This document shows positions 63,403 to 64,000 of a DNA stretch of 64,000 bases, piece after piece; within the stretch, counting starts at the first letter, position 1; every line of letters begins with the position of its first letter. Made by a program: the position numbers and the translations under genes. The stretch spans positions 112,842,001 to 112,906,000 of the forward strand of contig NC_086097.1 of the NCBI RefSeq assembly GCF_963921235.1, written 5' to 3'. The notes under the pieces were generated by a model that had not been told where the DNA came from, searched no databases, and saw only the letters and a program-made list of their open reading frames with translations. Origin of the DNA: Mobula hypostoma (lineage: Eukaryota).

Positions 63403-63705
63403 TCATAGAGTCATAGAACATTATAGCACAGAAACAGGCCCTTCAGCCCTTCTACTCCATGCCAAACTGTTATTCTACTTAATTCCATCAATCCACACCA
63501 GGCCCATAGCCCTCCATGCCCTTCTCATCCAAATACCTATCCAAACTTCTCTTAAAAGTCGCAATTGAACCCACTTCCACCACTTCTGCTGGCAGCTCGT
63601 TCCACACTTCCACCACTCTCCGAGTGAAAAAGTCCGCCCCCACCCCTGCAGGTTCCTCTTAAACATCTCACCTTTCACCCTTAACCTTTGACCTCTGTTT
63701 TCAGT
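63403..63705 (-). mobile_element. CR1 3' end
   Basis: RGQRLRVKGEMFK remnant and CATAGAGTCATAGAA tail complement. Related to 24252-24560. Confidence 0.75.
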
Positions 63706-63734
63706 GCCATACATTCAATCATGGTTGTGACACT

Positions 63735-63838
63735 GAAGCAACACACACAGAATGCTGGAGGAACTCAGCAGGCCTGGCAGTATCCATGGAAAGGAGTAAA
63801 CAGTCAACGTTTCTGGCTGAGACCCTTCATCAGGACTT
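63735..63838 (-). mobile_element. Solo Penelope-like terminal repeat with hammerhead core (63837-63802)
   Basis: Minus strand AGTC-CTGATGA-AGGGTCTCAGCCA-GAAA-CGTT-GACT. Confidence 0.8.
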
Positions 63839-64000
63839 CATCTTGAATATAATACTCAGACTCTTTAGACAACAACTCACTCACTCTTCACAGTCAGGTG
63901 CAGGATACAAAGACAATGGCACACGGGATCCCTAATCTCAACACGTCATGGCACTTTCAAGATTTATGCACATATGGTATTCTTAGCTCTTCCAGCCCTG

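Noticed and set aside
14306..64000. Upstream RIMS2 exon (TCGICHKTKFADGCGH...)
   Set aside because: Not seen in the ORF track or by eye. It presumably lies beyond the window end.
1..64000. CRISPR arrays, prokaryotic operons, rRNA or genuine tRNA genes
   Set aside because: The sequence is vertebrate intronic DNA. The tRNA-like A/B boxes belong to SINE heads, and there is no regularly spaced repeat-spacer structure.

Overview
Eukaryotic, repeat-dense intronic DNA. The CR1/Penelope/Rex-Babar repeat landscape suggests a cartilaginous fish, probably a ray or skate (inference). The host gene lies on the minus strand and is recognisable as RIMS2. One 335-nt internal exon (14305-13971) encodes the end of the zinc finger and the linker. 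A 125-nt coding first exon (624-500; MQFEALRQFCSSVL...), missed by the ORF track, matches the internal-promoter RIM2-beta N-terminus. Most of the rest is decayed mobile DNA, often nested: CR1, Rex/Babar and HERO (RLE) LINEs, two Penelope-like families, a Gypsy LTR-PBS-gag fragment, a solo LTR, Tc1, Tigger-like and Harbinger-like DNA transposons, and SINEs. The most striking signal is RNA-structural. Two sequence-divergent HERO 3' UTRs (40738-40668 minus; 56741-56813 plus) both carry all hammerhead core elements in a non-standard, pseudoknotted (non-circularly permuted) order, with covarying helices. Penelope-like terminal repeats also scatter more than ten minimal type-I hammerhead copies through the intron, often as inverted pairs. 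Family assignments come from motif recognition by eye, not database searches. Boundaries without a TSD or TIR are approximate.
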